From: Promethearchaeota archaeon
GTDB taxonomy: Archaea; Asgardarchaeota; Lokiarchaeia; Sigyniarchaeales; SOKP01
Reading direction: 5' to 3'
Assembly: GCA_048941385.1 (NCBI GenBank)
Contig: JBHLNR010000003.1
Location: 333-64,332 of the forward strand
Length of the DNA: 64,000 nt
Shown here: piece by piece, positions 1 to 10,029 of the stretch
Layout of the letters: the number at the start of each line of letters is the position of its first letter
Position numbering within the stretch: position 1 is the first letter of the stretch
Translations under genes and position numbers: made by a program
Notes under the pieces: model-generated
Database searches by the model: none
What the model saw: the letters and a program-made list of their open reading frames with translations, nothing else
What the model was told of the DNA's origin: nothing

Positions 1-610
1 TAATAGCTGCCATAATATACGTATTTTGCTTTACTTGTAAGACTAAAGATCTCATAAATCGAATATTATATGGTATATAAAGAAGGCCATACACTAAAAG
101 AGTAATATATAAATCACGACCGATTAATGGAGCAATAATTATTACAACAATTAACATTGGTATTGAATACATAACGTCACAGAAACGCATCATTAAAGAA
201 TCTACCCAACCTCCAAAATAGGCTGATATTGTTCCTAAAATGACGCCTCCCCCAATAGATATTAATACAGGGAAAGCTGCAGTCTGTATTGTAGTCCTGG
301 CACCCCATATTAATCTTGCAAGTAGGTCATATCCATATTTTGTTGTACCCAAGGGATGTTCTGGGGATGGTGGGGCAAATGCTTCCTCAGCAGGATAGTT
401 TGGTGGTGTTATTTCCTCTATTGTATATTCAGTAATCCAAGGAGCGTATATAGCTAATACTGTGATGAATAAAATCATAAAAATACCTGTAATAGTCAAA
501 GGTGTAAGAAGACGTCGAAACAACCTCCTTCTTGATTTTGTTTTATCGATTTCATACTCTATGGTTGTAAATTGGGGATCTCGTTTACCTGGAACTAGGT
601 AAAATTTCAA
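1..610 (-). CDS. ABC di/oligopeptide transporter permease, DppC/OppC-like (C-terminus cut by window edge; start uncertain)
   Basis: Manual minus-strand translation gives ...SRRRLFRRLLTPLTITGIFMILFITVLAIYAPWITEY...EHPLGTTKYGYDLLARLIWGARTTIQTAAFPVLISIGGGVILGTISAYFGGWVDSLMMRFCDVMYSIPMLIVVIII... This is the typical OppC N-terminal TM helix, the G-D-lsR motif and the permease core. The frame is open from 700; the first canonical start is TTG at 610. It lies directly downstream of the DppB-like gene. Confidence 0.8.
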   Translation of the reverse strand, partial: MKFYLVPGKRDPQFTTIEYEIDKTKSRRRLFRRLLTPLTITGIFMILFITVLAIYAPWITEYTIEEITPPNYPAEEAFAPPSPEHPLGTTKYGYDLLARLIWGARTTIQTAAFPVLISIGGGVILGTISAYFGGWVDSLMMRFCDVMYSIPMLIVVIIIAPLIGRDLYITLLVYGLLYIPYNIRFMRSLVLQVKQNTYIMAAI

Positions 611-708
611 GTACCTAATTACCTTTTCCCCGAATGTCGGTTTAACTTCATATTTCTCTAATTCTTTAAAATATATTTCTGTTATGAGAATCCTCTCTCC
701 TTAAATTT

Positions 709-1773
709 CTAAGTATAAATGATTCTTGGATCTATTATCGTATACATTACATCAGCAATTAGATTTCCAGAAATGATAATTATAGCTGAAAATACAAGAA
801 ATCCGTTTATAAGTAAGTAATCCGCGGCAAATACTGCACTAACAAAATAATATCCAAATCCTAGATAATCAAAAGTTCTTTCTATAAAAAGCGATCCAAG
901 CAGTGAAGCTGCTATTCCACCTATAATCAGATTACTAGTTGGGATTAAAGCATTACGAAGTGCATGCTTATTGATAACATTTTTTTCCAGAACACCCTTG
1001 GCACGAGCTGTTCTAATATAATCTTGATCCAACACATCTAACATACTCGATCGCGTCTGCCTGGTGATACCTGCTAAAGAAGTTATAGACATAGCAATCG
1101 TGGGAAGAATTAAATGAATTAAAGTATCCATTAAATATAATTGATCATTATTTATTATGCTGTCAATTAGCCGAAATCCCGTGTAATATTCACCCTCCAA
1201 ACGTAAACCTGGTGTATTTGCATATATAATCTCAAAATCAAATTCACCATAAGTAAAATCAACTAATGTCTTACCAATAAAAAATTGTAGAACATTAGCA
1301 ACAAAAAAAATTGGAAATCCCCCTCCTAAAATAGCAAAAAATCGAATGATTGTATCTTTTGATTTATCCTTATTTGATGCGGATATAACACCCAATTTGA
1401 CTGCTATAATAGGAACGATGATCATAGGAATGATCATCAATTCAATAGTTTTAGGAATAATACTCACAATAAATTCTAATACAGGTTCATCGGGGTCAAT
1501 GATATAGGAGGTACCCCAATTACCTGAAGCAAAATTCTTTAGATAAATAAACAATTGAACATAAATGGGTAGATCATACCCCATTCTTTTTTTTTCCACA
1601 TCGATAAGTCTTTGGAGTTCTTCTCTATCCAAGTGAAATCCTACTTTTCGGATAACAGGTAATATGTCCATAAGGCGAGATAAGAAAAAAGTAATGATCA
1701 GAACAGTAAGTAGAATTGGAATCATTACCAAAATTCGTTTAAAAATATATTTTACCATATTTGTACGTGGCAT
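709..1773 (-). CDS. ABC di/oligopeptide transporter permease, DppB/OppB-like
   Basis: 354-aa polytopic membrane ORF. It has the EAA-loop signature IRTARAKGVLEKNVINKHALRNALIPT and the N-terminal KYIFKRILVMIPILL typical of DppB/OppB. An alternative start is at M6 (1758). Confidence 0.85.
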   Translation of the reverse strand: MPRTNMVKYIFKRILVMIPILLTVLIITFFLSRLMDILPVIRKVGFHLDREELQRLIDVEKKRMGYDLPIYVQLFIYLKNFASGNWGTSYIIDPDEPVLEFIVSIIPKTIELMIIPMIIVPIIAVKLGVISASNKDKSKDTIIRFFAILGGGFPIFFVANVLQFFIGKTLVDFTYGEFDFEIIYANTPGLRLEGEYYTGFRLIDSIINNDQLYLMDTLIHLILPTIAMSITSLAGITRQTRSSMLDVLDQDYIRTARAKGVLEKNVINKHALRNALIPTSNLIIGGIAASLLGSLFIERTFDYLGFGYYFVSAVFAADYLLINGFLVFSAIIIISGNLIADVMYTIIDPRIIYT

Positions 1774-1957
1774 TATAACATATCTCTTTCTATGGGATTT
1801 TGGCTTCTAAGAATTAAGATCATAGCTATTTGATATAATTTATAAAATCTAAGTAAGTTTTAAATAGTATTGTGTCATAACCTTTTATAACTTTACTATA
1901 CAAAATTTTAGTTATCAAAAAATAAGGAATTAAAAACAATTTTGGAGAAAATTGTCC

Positions 1958-4192
1958 ATGCAAAAGAATTTTAAGACCTTTATTTTAATTCTTGTACTGA
2001 GTAGCGTAATTACACCTTCTTTACTTGTGGCAGCAAATCCAGTTCCCTCTCAAGATGAAGAAATTCATTTTAGGATGTCTGTCGCAACAACCGCGCTTGA
2101 TTGGGACCCCGCTTCTTTTAATCCAAGTACAGCTGATACTTACCGGTATGCCTGCTTGGAGAATATGGTTACAATGAGAGCAGGGTGGGATGGTTATGAT
2201 CTTAATATGTTGATTCCAGTGCTTGCAACCAGTTGGGATGTCGAACCTTGGCCTTCAGAAATGAATCAAGCACCCATTCCATTTGTAAATAGTGGAGGAG
2301 TTAAGGCAATCAATTGGACATTACGGGAAAATGTCACCTTCCATGACGGCTCAATCTGGAATGCAACAGTAGCCAAATGGAATTATGATAGGATATTTAT
2401 AATAACCGGCAATTTAACTGGGAGAGGTGACACACAAATGAGAGATGATTATTGGATAAATGTGAATGAACTAGAGCCATTTTTTACAGATTCTTGGAAT
2501 CATTCATGGGGTATAGGGCGAGTTGGTGAATACAATGGTATGGTTGCTCCTGGACCCGCTAATTCCTCTAATCCATTATGGGAATGTATTCCTCTTGTAA
2601 ACAATACACAAGTAATAGATCCTGGCGACCCTATCACTGGCGGAGGAATCCTTAGGGTCGAATTTAACGACTGGAGCACTTTTTGGGTTTATGATTTGTC
2701 TCACGTTAACCCTGGAGCATATAACTTGATAATATCAATGGAAACTTATAAGGATGATTATACTGATCAATCATTTCATGGGTATGACCCTATCGGTGGT
2801 GTGCATCCTTTGATTGGTACTGGCCCTTATAAGTTTGTACATCACACACCAACAGGTCCTTCCAGTGGAGGGCAACTTGTAAAAAATGAGAATTATTGGA
2901 ATCGAACTGCTTTAGAAGCAGATGGCTGGTTTGGTGTTGATGTAGTAGATTTTGTAGTATTCCCCGATGATGGACGAGATGAGCGTAACGCGGCTTTTTA
3001 TACTGGAAGTTTAGATTATGCTGTTGATATTGCTGGTTGGGAGCTAGATTATGATACTGTGACAACAGATCCTGATTTTACATATGCAGGAAGTGATGTT
3101 GGTTACCAATATTTACGGTGTATCACAATGAATTGCATCAATGAAACATATTGGAAGGATGCATGGGATAATGGGATATGGTATTGGAATGGAACGGATT
3201 GGATAATGATTGAACCGCCTCACACAGTCCCCACTGATTATTTGGGTAATGGGGGCGTGGGTGGGATACCGAGATTACTTCGGAAAGCAATTTCATTCGC
3301 ATTCGATTATGATGGCTTTATACAGACTGCTTATGAGGGACGTGCATTCCGAGCAAACTGCTTTATTGGTGCAAACAGTACGTATGCCAATGAGGCTATA
3401 CCTATGCCTTACTTAAATCTCACAATAGCACGAGAAGCCATGCTTGCTCAATTCCCTACTGAGTGTGCTGCTAATGGACTAAACAGTGGCAATATAGATG
3501 ATGACGCTTTATGGCAATCTGTTGGAGATGGTAGTACTCCCATATTCAAACTTAACTTCTATTGGGATCTTATCCCTGATCATCTAGTTATGAAAAATTA
3601 CTTGGTCACAGCTCTTCGAAATATTGGATGCAGCTATTATCAAAATCACCCGAATGATAATTTACCATCCAATCAGTTTCTTAATACATGGCAAGCGTAC
3701 GCTGGAGGAACATTCCCCTATTTCATCTACAATGCATTTATTGGTGTAGATTGGACTCATTATGATAATTATATTGCTCATCCATTCTTATATGCTTACC
3801 ACAGAAATATTGGTGATTGGTCATTTGATATGGGTTGGAATGCTGCTCACATGTATCTTGATAATGTTACCTTCTGGATGGAAGAGTTCTATTATTCAAA
3901 TGCAACTCATCAACAAGAAATAATGGATAATGTAGCCATAACATTACAAACTTATGAATATCCATGGGTGTGGATATGCGAAACAATGTTTGGGGCAGCA
4001 TGGAGAGTAGAATGGGATATCGATATTGAGTTCTGGGATAGCATCTGGCCATATACACGTGTTAGGTACGTGGGTAAGGAAGAGGAACCTGTACCAATTC
4101 CAGGATACTCTACAGGAATTATCATGAGCCTTTTACTTGTATCAATGATTGGCACTATTTACGCAATAGCAAGAAAGAAGAAACTTACATAA
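1958..4192 (+). CDS. Extracellular solute-binding protein, family 5 (peptide/nickel ABC type), C-terminally membrane anchored
   Basis: N-terminal signal-like segment (FILILVLSSVITPSLLVAA). Family-5 SBP-like core (GTGPYKFV..., NENYWN). About 14 N-x-S/T sequons. C-terminal PIPGYSTG + 20-aa hydrophobic helix + RKKK. ATG at 1958 sits about 11 nt after a GGAG; the TTG at 1952 from the ORF track is less likely. Divergent from the permease genes. Confidence 0.75.
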   Translation: MQKNFKTFILILVLSSVITPSLLVAANPVPSQDEEIHFRMSVATTALDWDPASFNPSTADTYRYACLENMVTMRAGWDGYDLNMLIPVLATSWDVEPWPSEMNQAPIPFVNSGGVKAINWTLRENVTFHDGSIWNATVAKWNYDRIFIITGNLTGRGDTQMRDDYWINVNELEPFFTDSWNHSWGIGRVGEYNGMVAPGPANSSNPLWECIPLVNNTQVIDPGDPITGGGILRVEFNDWSTFWVYDLSHVNPGAYNLIISMETYKDDYTDQSFHGYDPIGGVHPLIGTGPYKFVHHTPTGPSSGGQLVKNENYWNRTALEADGWFGVDVVDFVVFPDDGRDERNAAFYTGSLDYAVDIAGWELDYDTVTTDPDFTYAGSDVGYQYLRCITMNCINETYWKDAWDNGIWYWNGTDWIMIEPPHTVPTDYLGNGGVGGIPRLLRKAISFAFDYDGFIQTAYEGRAFRANCFIGANSTYANEAIPMPYLNLTIAREAMLAQFPTECAANGLNSGNIDDDALWQSVGDGSTPIFKLNFYWDLIPDHLVMKNYLVTALRNIGCSYYQNHPNDNLPSNQFLNTWQAYAGGTFPYFIYNAFIGVDWTHYDNYIAHPFLYAYHRNIGDWSFDMGWNAAHMYLDNVTFWMEEFYYSNATHQQEIMDNVAITLQTYEYPWVWICETMFGAAWRVEWDIDIEFWDSIWPYTRVRYVGKEEEPVPIPGYSTGIIMSLLLVSMIGTIYAIARKKKLT

Positions 4193-4226
4193 ACAGTCAT
4201 AAAAAATAATTATTAAATTATTAATC

Positions 4227-4241
4227 TTTTTTCTTTTTTTT
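4227..4241 (+). terminator. Oligo-T tract downstream of the SBP gene (putative archaeal terminator)
   Basis: TTTTTTCTTTTTTTT about 35 nt after the stop codon. Archaeal RNAP terminates at oligo-T. Confidence 0.4.
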
Positions 4242-4461
4242 AAATCTTTGAATAAATTACTCTAACAGTTATAATTAGTTTTGTCATATTGAATCAGGGA
4301 CTAAGTTTTAGCCGATTATAATCTACAGTTTCACTCACATTGGCAATGTTGTTTAAAGGATCTACTACAATTTAACCGTTGGAAATAAAAATTATCGAAA
4401 AAAGTTAAATAAAACTGTTAAATACTTATCAATATATAGAATTTTTTATGAGGAGAAATTT

Positions 4462-5769
4462 ATGTCTAAAAAAGAAATAGCTTGGTACGAAAATGATATG
4501 CTTAAAGATAGTTACATTAAGGCTGGATCAAACGCTTTTAGAGGTTACCATGCACCTATTGTAAGTCCTAAAACGACTTTTATTGGCACTAATAGCTTAA
4601 ATGATTTTATAAATCACATTTCAGCTTATTTAACCAATGAGGAAAAACGGGTTTTGATAGTAGTTGATAAAGATCTACTTAAGTTGGGTGAAAGAGTAGC
4701 TAACAGGTTAAAACAACGTAATATTGATTCGAAATTTTATAGTAATGTACTTCCAGATGCGCCAAAATTTACAATACTTGAAGGTGCCCAGCTCTGTGAA
4801 GAATATGATCCAAAAGTAATCTTAGCTATAGGAGGTGGATCTGCAATGGATACTGCAAAACTAATTCTGCTATACTATGAACAACCTGGAATAAATATCA
4901 ACAACATGAGTGCTCCGTATTATGCGGGACTTAGGAAAAAGGCAAAGATTTTAGCAGCAATACCAACTACTTCTGGAACTGGTTCAGAAACAACATTTAT
5001 TGCTGTGGTGACAGACACTGATAGGGATCCGCCTAAGAAAACAGAAGTGGTATTATATGAATTCTGCCCAGATTTCGTTGTTCTCCATCCTGATTTTGTT
5101 AAGACTATGCCACCTTATTTAACCACTGGAACTGGTATGGATGCACTTGCTCACTCAATGGGTTCTTATATGCTAACAATGAGTACTCTATTTACAGATA
5201 TGCATAACTTAAAAGCTATCGAACTGATTTTAAAGTATTTACCTCGTTCTGTAAAGAGAGGGAGTGATATTGAAGCCAGAGAGAAAATGCAAATGGCTGC
5301 CTATATTGCTGGGATAGGATTTGGAAACATATCTGGGGGGATTGAACATTCTTTAGGACATTCATTTGGAGCATTATTCCATGTTCATCATGGGATATGT
5401 GTGGGTTTATTTTTATGCGCTTCAATTGCTTTTCAAGCAAAGGTAACCAATAGGTTTTTTGATCTTGCAAAGTTATTCGAGATTGAATTAAATAACCGAG
5501 ATAGAGAAGGGATTTTAAGAGATTTACTTATTAACTTAAGAGATTTCATGAGAAGGGTTAATTGTCCCTTATCAATTAAAGAATTAGATAATCCTAAAAT
5601 ATCAAAAGAAGAATATTTAGCAAATTTAGAACAAATGGTCGATTTTGCGTTTAATGACTATTGTACATTATCATCTACTCGAAGAATTAATCGTCCACAA
5701 TATAAAAAAATCTTCGAAATAGTCTACGATAACAAATTAGAAGATTTAATGAATTTATTTTATGATTAG
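4462..5769 (+). CDS. Iron-containing (group III) alcohol dehydrogenase
   Basis: GGGSAMDTAK nucleotide-binding motif and the metal-binding His cluster IEHSLGHSFGALFHVHHG. GAGGAG Shine-Dalgarno upstream. Confidence 0.85.
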   Translation: MSKKEIAWYENDMLKDSYIKAGSNAFRGYHAPIVSPKTTFIGTNSLNDFINHISAYLTNEEKRVLIVVDKDLLKLGERVANRLKQRNIDSKFYSNVLPDAPKFTILEGAQLCEEYDPKVILAIGGGSAMDTAKLILLYYEQPGININNMSAPYYAGLRKKAKILAAIPTTSGTGSETTFIAVVTDTDRDPPKKTEVVLYEFCPDFVVLHPDFVKTMPPYLTTGTGMDALAHSMGSYMLTMSTLFTDMHNLKAIELILKYLPRSVKRGSDIEAREKMQMAAYIAGIGFGNISGGIEHSLGHSFGALFHVHHGICVGLFLCASIAFQAKVTNRFFDLAKLFEIELNNRDREGILRDLLINLRDFMRRVNCPLSIKELDNPKISKEEYLANLEQMVDFAFNDYCTLSSTRRINRPQYKKIFEIVYDNKLEDLMNLFYD

Positions 5770-5781
5770 GAGGAATTAAAG

Positions 5782-7650
5782 ATGGATAAAATAAATGGGT
5801 ATAATGGTAAAGTAGCATATATCGATTTAAGTACTTCAAATGTAGATTTAAAAAACCTAGAACTTGAACTTATTGAAGAGTATTTAGGAGGTGCAGGACT
5901 TTCAGCTAAACTTACTTATGATTTACTAGATGATGATGCTTATCAAGTTCTAAAAAACGATCCCTTAGCTAGTGTAAATCCATTGATTTTTTCAACTGGT
6001 CCTCTAACTGGGACTGCTACACCGTCTAGTAGTAGATATTGCGTTACAGCGATTTCACCTCTTACAGGGATATGGGGGGAGGCAACTTCCGGAGGATTTC
6101 TCCCAATTGCTTTAAAAAGGTGTGGGTATGATGCTATTGTAATTACTGGTGAAAGTTCGACTCCTAAATTTATATACATCGACAATGGTAAAATAGAAAT
6201 TAAAGATGGAGATAATCTTTGGGGAAAAAATACTCGGGAAACAATTGAATCAATTAGAGAAAACCTTAATGATAATAAACTTAGGATTGCGTGTATCGGA
6301 AAAGCAGGTGAAAATTTAGTAAAATATGCAGGTATAATTAATGATGAGGGACGAGCAGCAGGTAGATGTGGGCTAGGGGCGTTAATGGGCAAGAAAAAAT
6401 TAAAAGCTCTAGCAATAAAAGGAAACCAGGTAATCGAATATGCTGATAAAGAAGGATTAAGAAACCAAGGAAGGATTTCTCAAGAAAATGTAATGATTCC
6501 TATCGTCTCAAATCTATTTTCTCACTATGGAACATTGCTTTACACTGACATGGGTATGGTTATAGGAGATGTACCCGCTAATTATTTTACTAACACTGAG
6601 TTTATCGCAGAGGATTTAACAGGAAGGGCATTAAAGGAGCAATATGTAGTACTAAAATATGCCTGTTCGGGATGTGTTATTGGTTGTGGGAGAACTACGC
6701 TCTTAGAAATCGACGGGAAAGAGATAGAAGTTGATGGTCCTGAATATGAGACAACAGCCGCTTTCGGACCGCTATGTGGTATCTTTCATTTTAAACCTAT
6801 TCTTGAAGCAAACCATAAATGTAATCTCGCAGGAGTAGATACAATTTCTAGTGGAGTATCAATCGCTTTTCTCATCTATTTGGTTGAGAATAATATTGCC
6901 AAAAATGAAATCGAGAAATATCTAAATGAAATTAGTATTGAAAAAATTCGATGGGGAAACGAAGAAATTGTCTTAAAATTATTAGATCTATTAATCAATA
7001 GAAAAGGAATAGGAGATTTATTAGCTGAAGGGACAAGAATAATGGCTAAAAAGCTAGGGGTTGATCCGGGACTAGCTGCCCATGTAAAAGGCTTAGAAAT
7101 ACCTATGCATGATCCCCGCGCATATTTAGGACAGGCTCTAACTTACATGACGGGTTGTACAGGGGCTAACCACAATAAGGGAGACTTTTATAACATCGAT
7201 GGTGATGCTGCATCTTATGCAAAAATCAGGAAAAAAGATCGATTTACAGTTGATAAAAGGGAAAAAGCCGTAATTGCTTATCAAGATTTAACTAATATTT
7301 ATGATTCAGCAGTGATTTGCAATTTTACACATCTTAATGATGGCGTCTTAGCAAGATTACTAAAATTATCTACTGGAATTCAATCATTTGGAAGTAGTGG
7401 TACTCTATTCAAAATAGGAGAACGCGCTTCAAACCTTAAAAGACTAATTTCATGTAAACTTGGTTGTAAACGAGAGGATGACTACTTACCAAAAATTACT
7501 TCAACCGCTTTAAAGACTGGAGGTTCAGCTGGGATTGCTGTGAATTTAGAGGAAAACTTAAAAGTATATTATGAAAAGCGGGGTTGGGTGTGGGAGACAG
7601 GTTTTCCATCTGAAAAAAAACTGAGGGAGCTCAATATAATAAAATCTTAA
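5782..7650 (+). CDS. aor: Aldehyde:ferredoxin oxidoreductase (tungstopterin AOR family)
   Basis: 622 aa. N-terminal GKVAYIDLS pattern, [4Fe-4S] ligand motif CSGCVIGCG, and EYETTAAFG and DTIS motifs typical of the AOR family. AGGAGG 7 nt upstream, 12 nt after the ADH stop. Confidence 0.9.
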   Translation: MDKINGYNGKVAYIDLSTSNVDLKNLELELIEEYLGGAGLSAKLTYDLLDDDAYQVLKNDPLASVNPLIFSTGPLTGTATPSSSRYCVTAISPLTGIWGEATSGGFLPIALKRCGYDAIVITGESSTPKFIYIDNGKIEIKDGDNLWGKNTRETIESIRENLNDNKLRIACIGKAGENLVKYAGIINDEGRAAGRCGLGALMGKKKLKALAIKGNQVIEYADKEGLRNQGRISQENVMIPIVSNLFSHYGTLLYTDMGMVIGDVPANYFTNTEFIAEDLTGRALKEQYVVLKYACSGCVIGCGRTTLLEIDGKEIEVDGPEYETTAAFGPLCGIFHFKPILEANHKCNLAGVDTISSGVSIAFLIYLVENNIAKNEIEKYLNEISIEKIRWGNEEIVLKLLDLLINRKGIGDLLAEGTRIMAKKLGVDPGLAAHVKGLEIPMHDPRAYLGQALTYMTGCTGANHNKGDFYNIDGDAASYAKIRKKDRFTVDKREKAVIAYQDLTNIYDSAVICNFTHLNDGVLARLLKLSTGIQSFGSSGTLFKIGERASNLKRLISCKLGCKREDDYLPKITSTALKTGGSAGIAVNLEENLKVYYEKRGWVWETGFPSEKKLRELNIIKS

Positions 7651-7786
7651 AAATAAATTCTTACTAATTTATTTTCTTTTTACATTTCTTATTTTTACTT
7701 TAAATTAAAATAGCTTTTAGTTTAAAGTTAAATATGAATAAAATTTCTAATTTAGTAGAAAATATTATAACTAAATCGATCTTATT

Positions 7787-8236
7787 TTGAAAGAACTCTA
7801 TGAATTAGGCATTGTTTTCAGGGGATTTGTACTCGTAAATCATACTTTTAAAGAATTGCCCGTACAAAAAGAACATGGAGTTACTAAAGATCTTAGAGGT
7901 GCGTTTATTTCAGCAATAAACGCTTTCACTGAAACTGCATTTAATAAAAGTTCATTAGAATATTTAGAATCTGGAAATATCTTATTTATTTTTAAGATTG
8001 CTTTAATACAATCTGAGGATAACAATGTCAAAGAATCATTAATTCTATACGGATTAGTAGATAAATCAAAAAAGAAATCAGATAAACTTGTAAATAAATT
8101 CTTCGAAAGAGTGAATCCTATTCTACAATTATTTATTCAAAAATTCAATGGAGCTAATTTTTCAGAGCTGAATCAGTTTGAAGATTTTGAAGAAAAGGTA
8201 GTAGATTTCCTAACTAAAAAACCACAGGAATATTAA
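7787..8236 (+). CDS. Hypothetical protein, longin/roadblock-like alpha-beta fold (by pattern)
   Basis: 149 aa, TTG start. The order is two N-terminal beta-like hydrophobic runs (IVFRGFVLVNHTF), helix LRGAFISAINAFTETAF, strands ILFIFKIALI / LILYGLV, then C-terminal helices. The F-SAI--F helix is shared with the N-terminus of ORF 54692..55450. Confidence 0.5.
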   Translation: MKELYELGIVFRGFVLVNHTFKELPVQKEHGVTKDLRGAFISAINAFTETAFNKSSLEYLESGNILFIFKIALIQSEDNNVKESLILYGLVDKSKKKSDKLVNKFFERVNPILQLFIQKFNGANFSELNQFEDFEEKVVDFLTKKPQEY

Positions 8237-9879
8237 TCTACAAGGTTCCAACCTTTTGGTTTTGCTCGAGAGTATTGTATTTTACCTTGTTCCTTTAATA
8301 TATTTATTTCATTTTCAATCTGGCTAACTGAAAATCCTTTTGCTTTTATATCATTTACAAATTCCGCTTTAGTTGGAACAAGTCCTTTTACTTTCAGGTA
8401 TTCAATAATTTCATTGTTTAATGACCCAGTAGTACTTGTTTTTTGTACGGGAGCTTCCTCTTTTTGAGGTGCTGATAGCACCACACTTAATTTCTCTTTA
8501 TCAGATTTAGAAGGTTCTTCTAATATCATATGCTTTACAGCAACCTTAGACTCCTCTACAGGTGCTTCTTCTATTTTTTCCTCCTTTTCCACCTCTTCTA
8601 GAATCCATACGGGATACATTATTTTTTCATAAACTACGGATTTCTGAGTCTTTAATAATGTTAAATCTTCTAAGATCTCATCTTCAGTATAATTTAATTT
8701 TCTTAATTCACTATCTAAATCTTTCAAGTATCCTTTATTTAACATAATCTCGAAAATGTGCTCTCTTATATTAGTTGGAATTTCTTTAATATTAGCGATT
8801 TCATTAATTACAGACTGCTGTTCAGCAGAATCAACTACTTCTAATTTCTCTTGCTCAGGGATTTCTAATGGTTGTTTAACACCCCATTCAAAATCACTCA
8901 TAATTCTAATTGTGCGATCATATCCACCAAAAATAATATTTTTCTTTTCCTGATCTACTCTATAACAAATATGCTTAATTGAAGTTGATACTTTCGTCTT
9001 CCATTTTAACTCAAAATCAGAAGCACCTATGGTGGGGTTATGAAATACTTTTAAAGACCCATCTGCGCAACCAGCAACGATCTCCTTTGCATTATCACCA
9101 TCAATGTCTTCTACTAACAATGCTAAAGGACGACTCTCCTCAATTTGTATATCTTTAATTGATTCTCCGGTACTATCAAGGACCTTTATAACAGAATCGT
9201 CAGTACTTATTAAGATTTCATTGAAACCATCATTCGTTACATCACCAATCTTAATGTCATTAATTTGAGCATTGAAATTTTTCTGCCAAATAATGTCAGG
9301 AAGCTCGTCTTTAAATCTAATTAACTGAACAATTCCACTCTTAGTTCCAACTATTAACCCATAAATTGGAAGCTTTTCGTTAGGTAACTTCAATGCTCCT
9401 AATGTGCAAGCTGTTACCCAAGAGTCATAATAAAAAATAAAGTCTGGTTCCTTTGAGTTAAGACTCTCAAATATCTTAATGGTTTTGTCTTCACTACCAA
9501 ATATTAAATCTATATTCCCATTACGTGTAAGATCTCCCGCAATGCAACAATTTACACGCTTAGGAGATTTATATCGCATTATTCCAACTAATTTTTTCTT
9601 ATCCGGACTTAATTTTAAAACCATGAAACTTCCATCTCCAGCGCCGACTAAAACTTCATCACATCCATCCCCATCTAGATCAATTGGATAACTACATCGA
9701 CACCAACCATCAAAAACTCTATCATCGATTATATTCATACTTTCATCCATTAAATAAAGAGTTTTATCGTGCCCACCGAATACTAAGAAGTTAATATCTT
9801 GACATTTTAAAACTGAGCATGTTAAAACTGCTTCCGGGCATTCGAACATATAAATAAGCTGAAAACGCTTTCGAATCAT
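8233..9879 (-). CDS. Cytoplasmic 7-bladed FG-GAP-like beta-propeller protein with two C-terminal winged-helix-like domains
   Basis: Seven blade-like repeats in aa 1-335. Four carry D-x-[DN]-x-[DN]-G...E[IV]L[VI]...DG-x-[IV]K[VI]F (DLDGDGCDEVLVGAGDGSFMVL, GDLTRNGNIDLIFGSEDKTIKIF, GDVTNDGFNEILISTDDSVIKVL, EDIDGDNAKEIVAGCADGSLKVF). No signal peptide. Two short helical wHTH-like modules (aa ~360-425 and ~485-548) are separated by an E/K-rich linker. Confidence 0.6.
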   Translation of the reverse strand: MIRKRFQLIYMFECPEAVLTCSVLKCQDINFLVFGGHDKTLYLMDESMNIIDDRVFDGWCRCSYPIDLDGDGCDEVLVGAGDGSFMVLKLSPDKKKLVGIMRYKSPKRVNCCIAGDLTRNGNIDLIFGSEDKTIKIFESLNSKEPDFIFYYDSWVTACTLGALKLPNEKLPIYGLIVGTKSGIVQLIRFKDELPDIIWQKNFNAQINDIKIGDVTNDGFNEILISTDDSVIKVLDSTGESIKDIQIEESRPLALLVEDIDGDNAKEIVAGCADGSLKVFHNPTIGASDFELKWKTKVSTSIKHICYRVDQEKKNIIFGGYDRTIRIMSDFEWGVKQPLEIPEQEKLEVVDSAEQQSVINEIANIKEIPTNIREHIFEIMLNKGYLKDLDSELRKLNYTEDEILEDLTLLKTQKSVVYEKIMYPVWILEEVEKEEKIEEAPVEESKVAVKHMILEEPSKSDKEKLSVVLSAPQKEEAPVQKTSTTGSLNNEIIEYLKVKGLVPTKAEFVNDIKAKGFSVSQIENEINILKEQGKIQYSRAKPKGWNLVD

Positions 9880-10029
9880 GATCTCACAAGAAACCTTTAG
9901 ATTATAGAAATTTTTACAATATCTATAATAAATTTTTCTGTTTATTCATTTAATAATTATCTCAAGGACTATTAAACTGTTAGTCTAAAATAGAAATAGA
10001 AAAAAAAATAAAAAAGAAAATTTATGATT

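Noticed and set aside
5943-6392. 149-aa minus-strand ORF inside the first AOR, and similar internal or antisense ORFs (2790-3065, 3867-4155, 13290-13514, 14383-14931, 17322-18043, 26571-26954, 33888-34133, 38518-38898, 40380-41216, 42049-42315, 44942-45190, 55200-55442, 56778-57029, 60349-61391, 61938-62342)
   Set aside because: All are nested in or antisense to genes with strong family motifs. They have low-complexity or hydrophobic compositions typical of shadow frames in AT-rich DNA, and they lack ribosome-binding sites.
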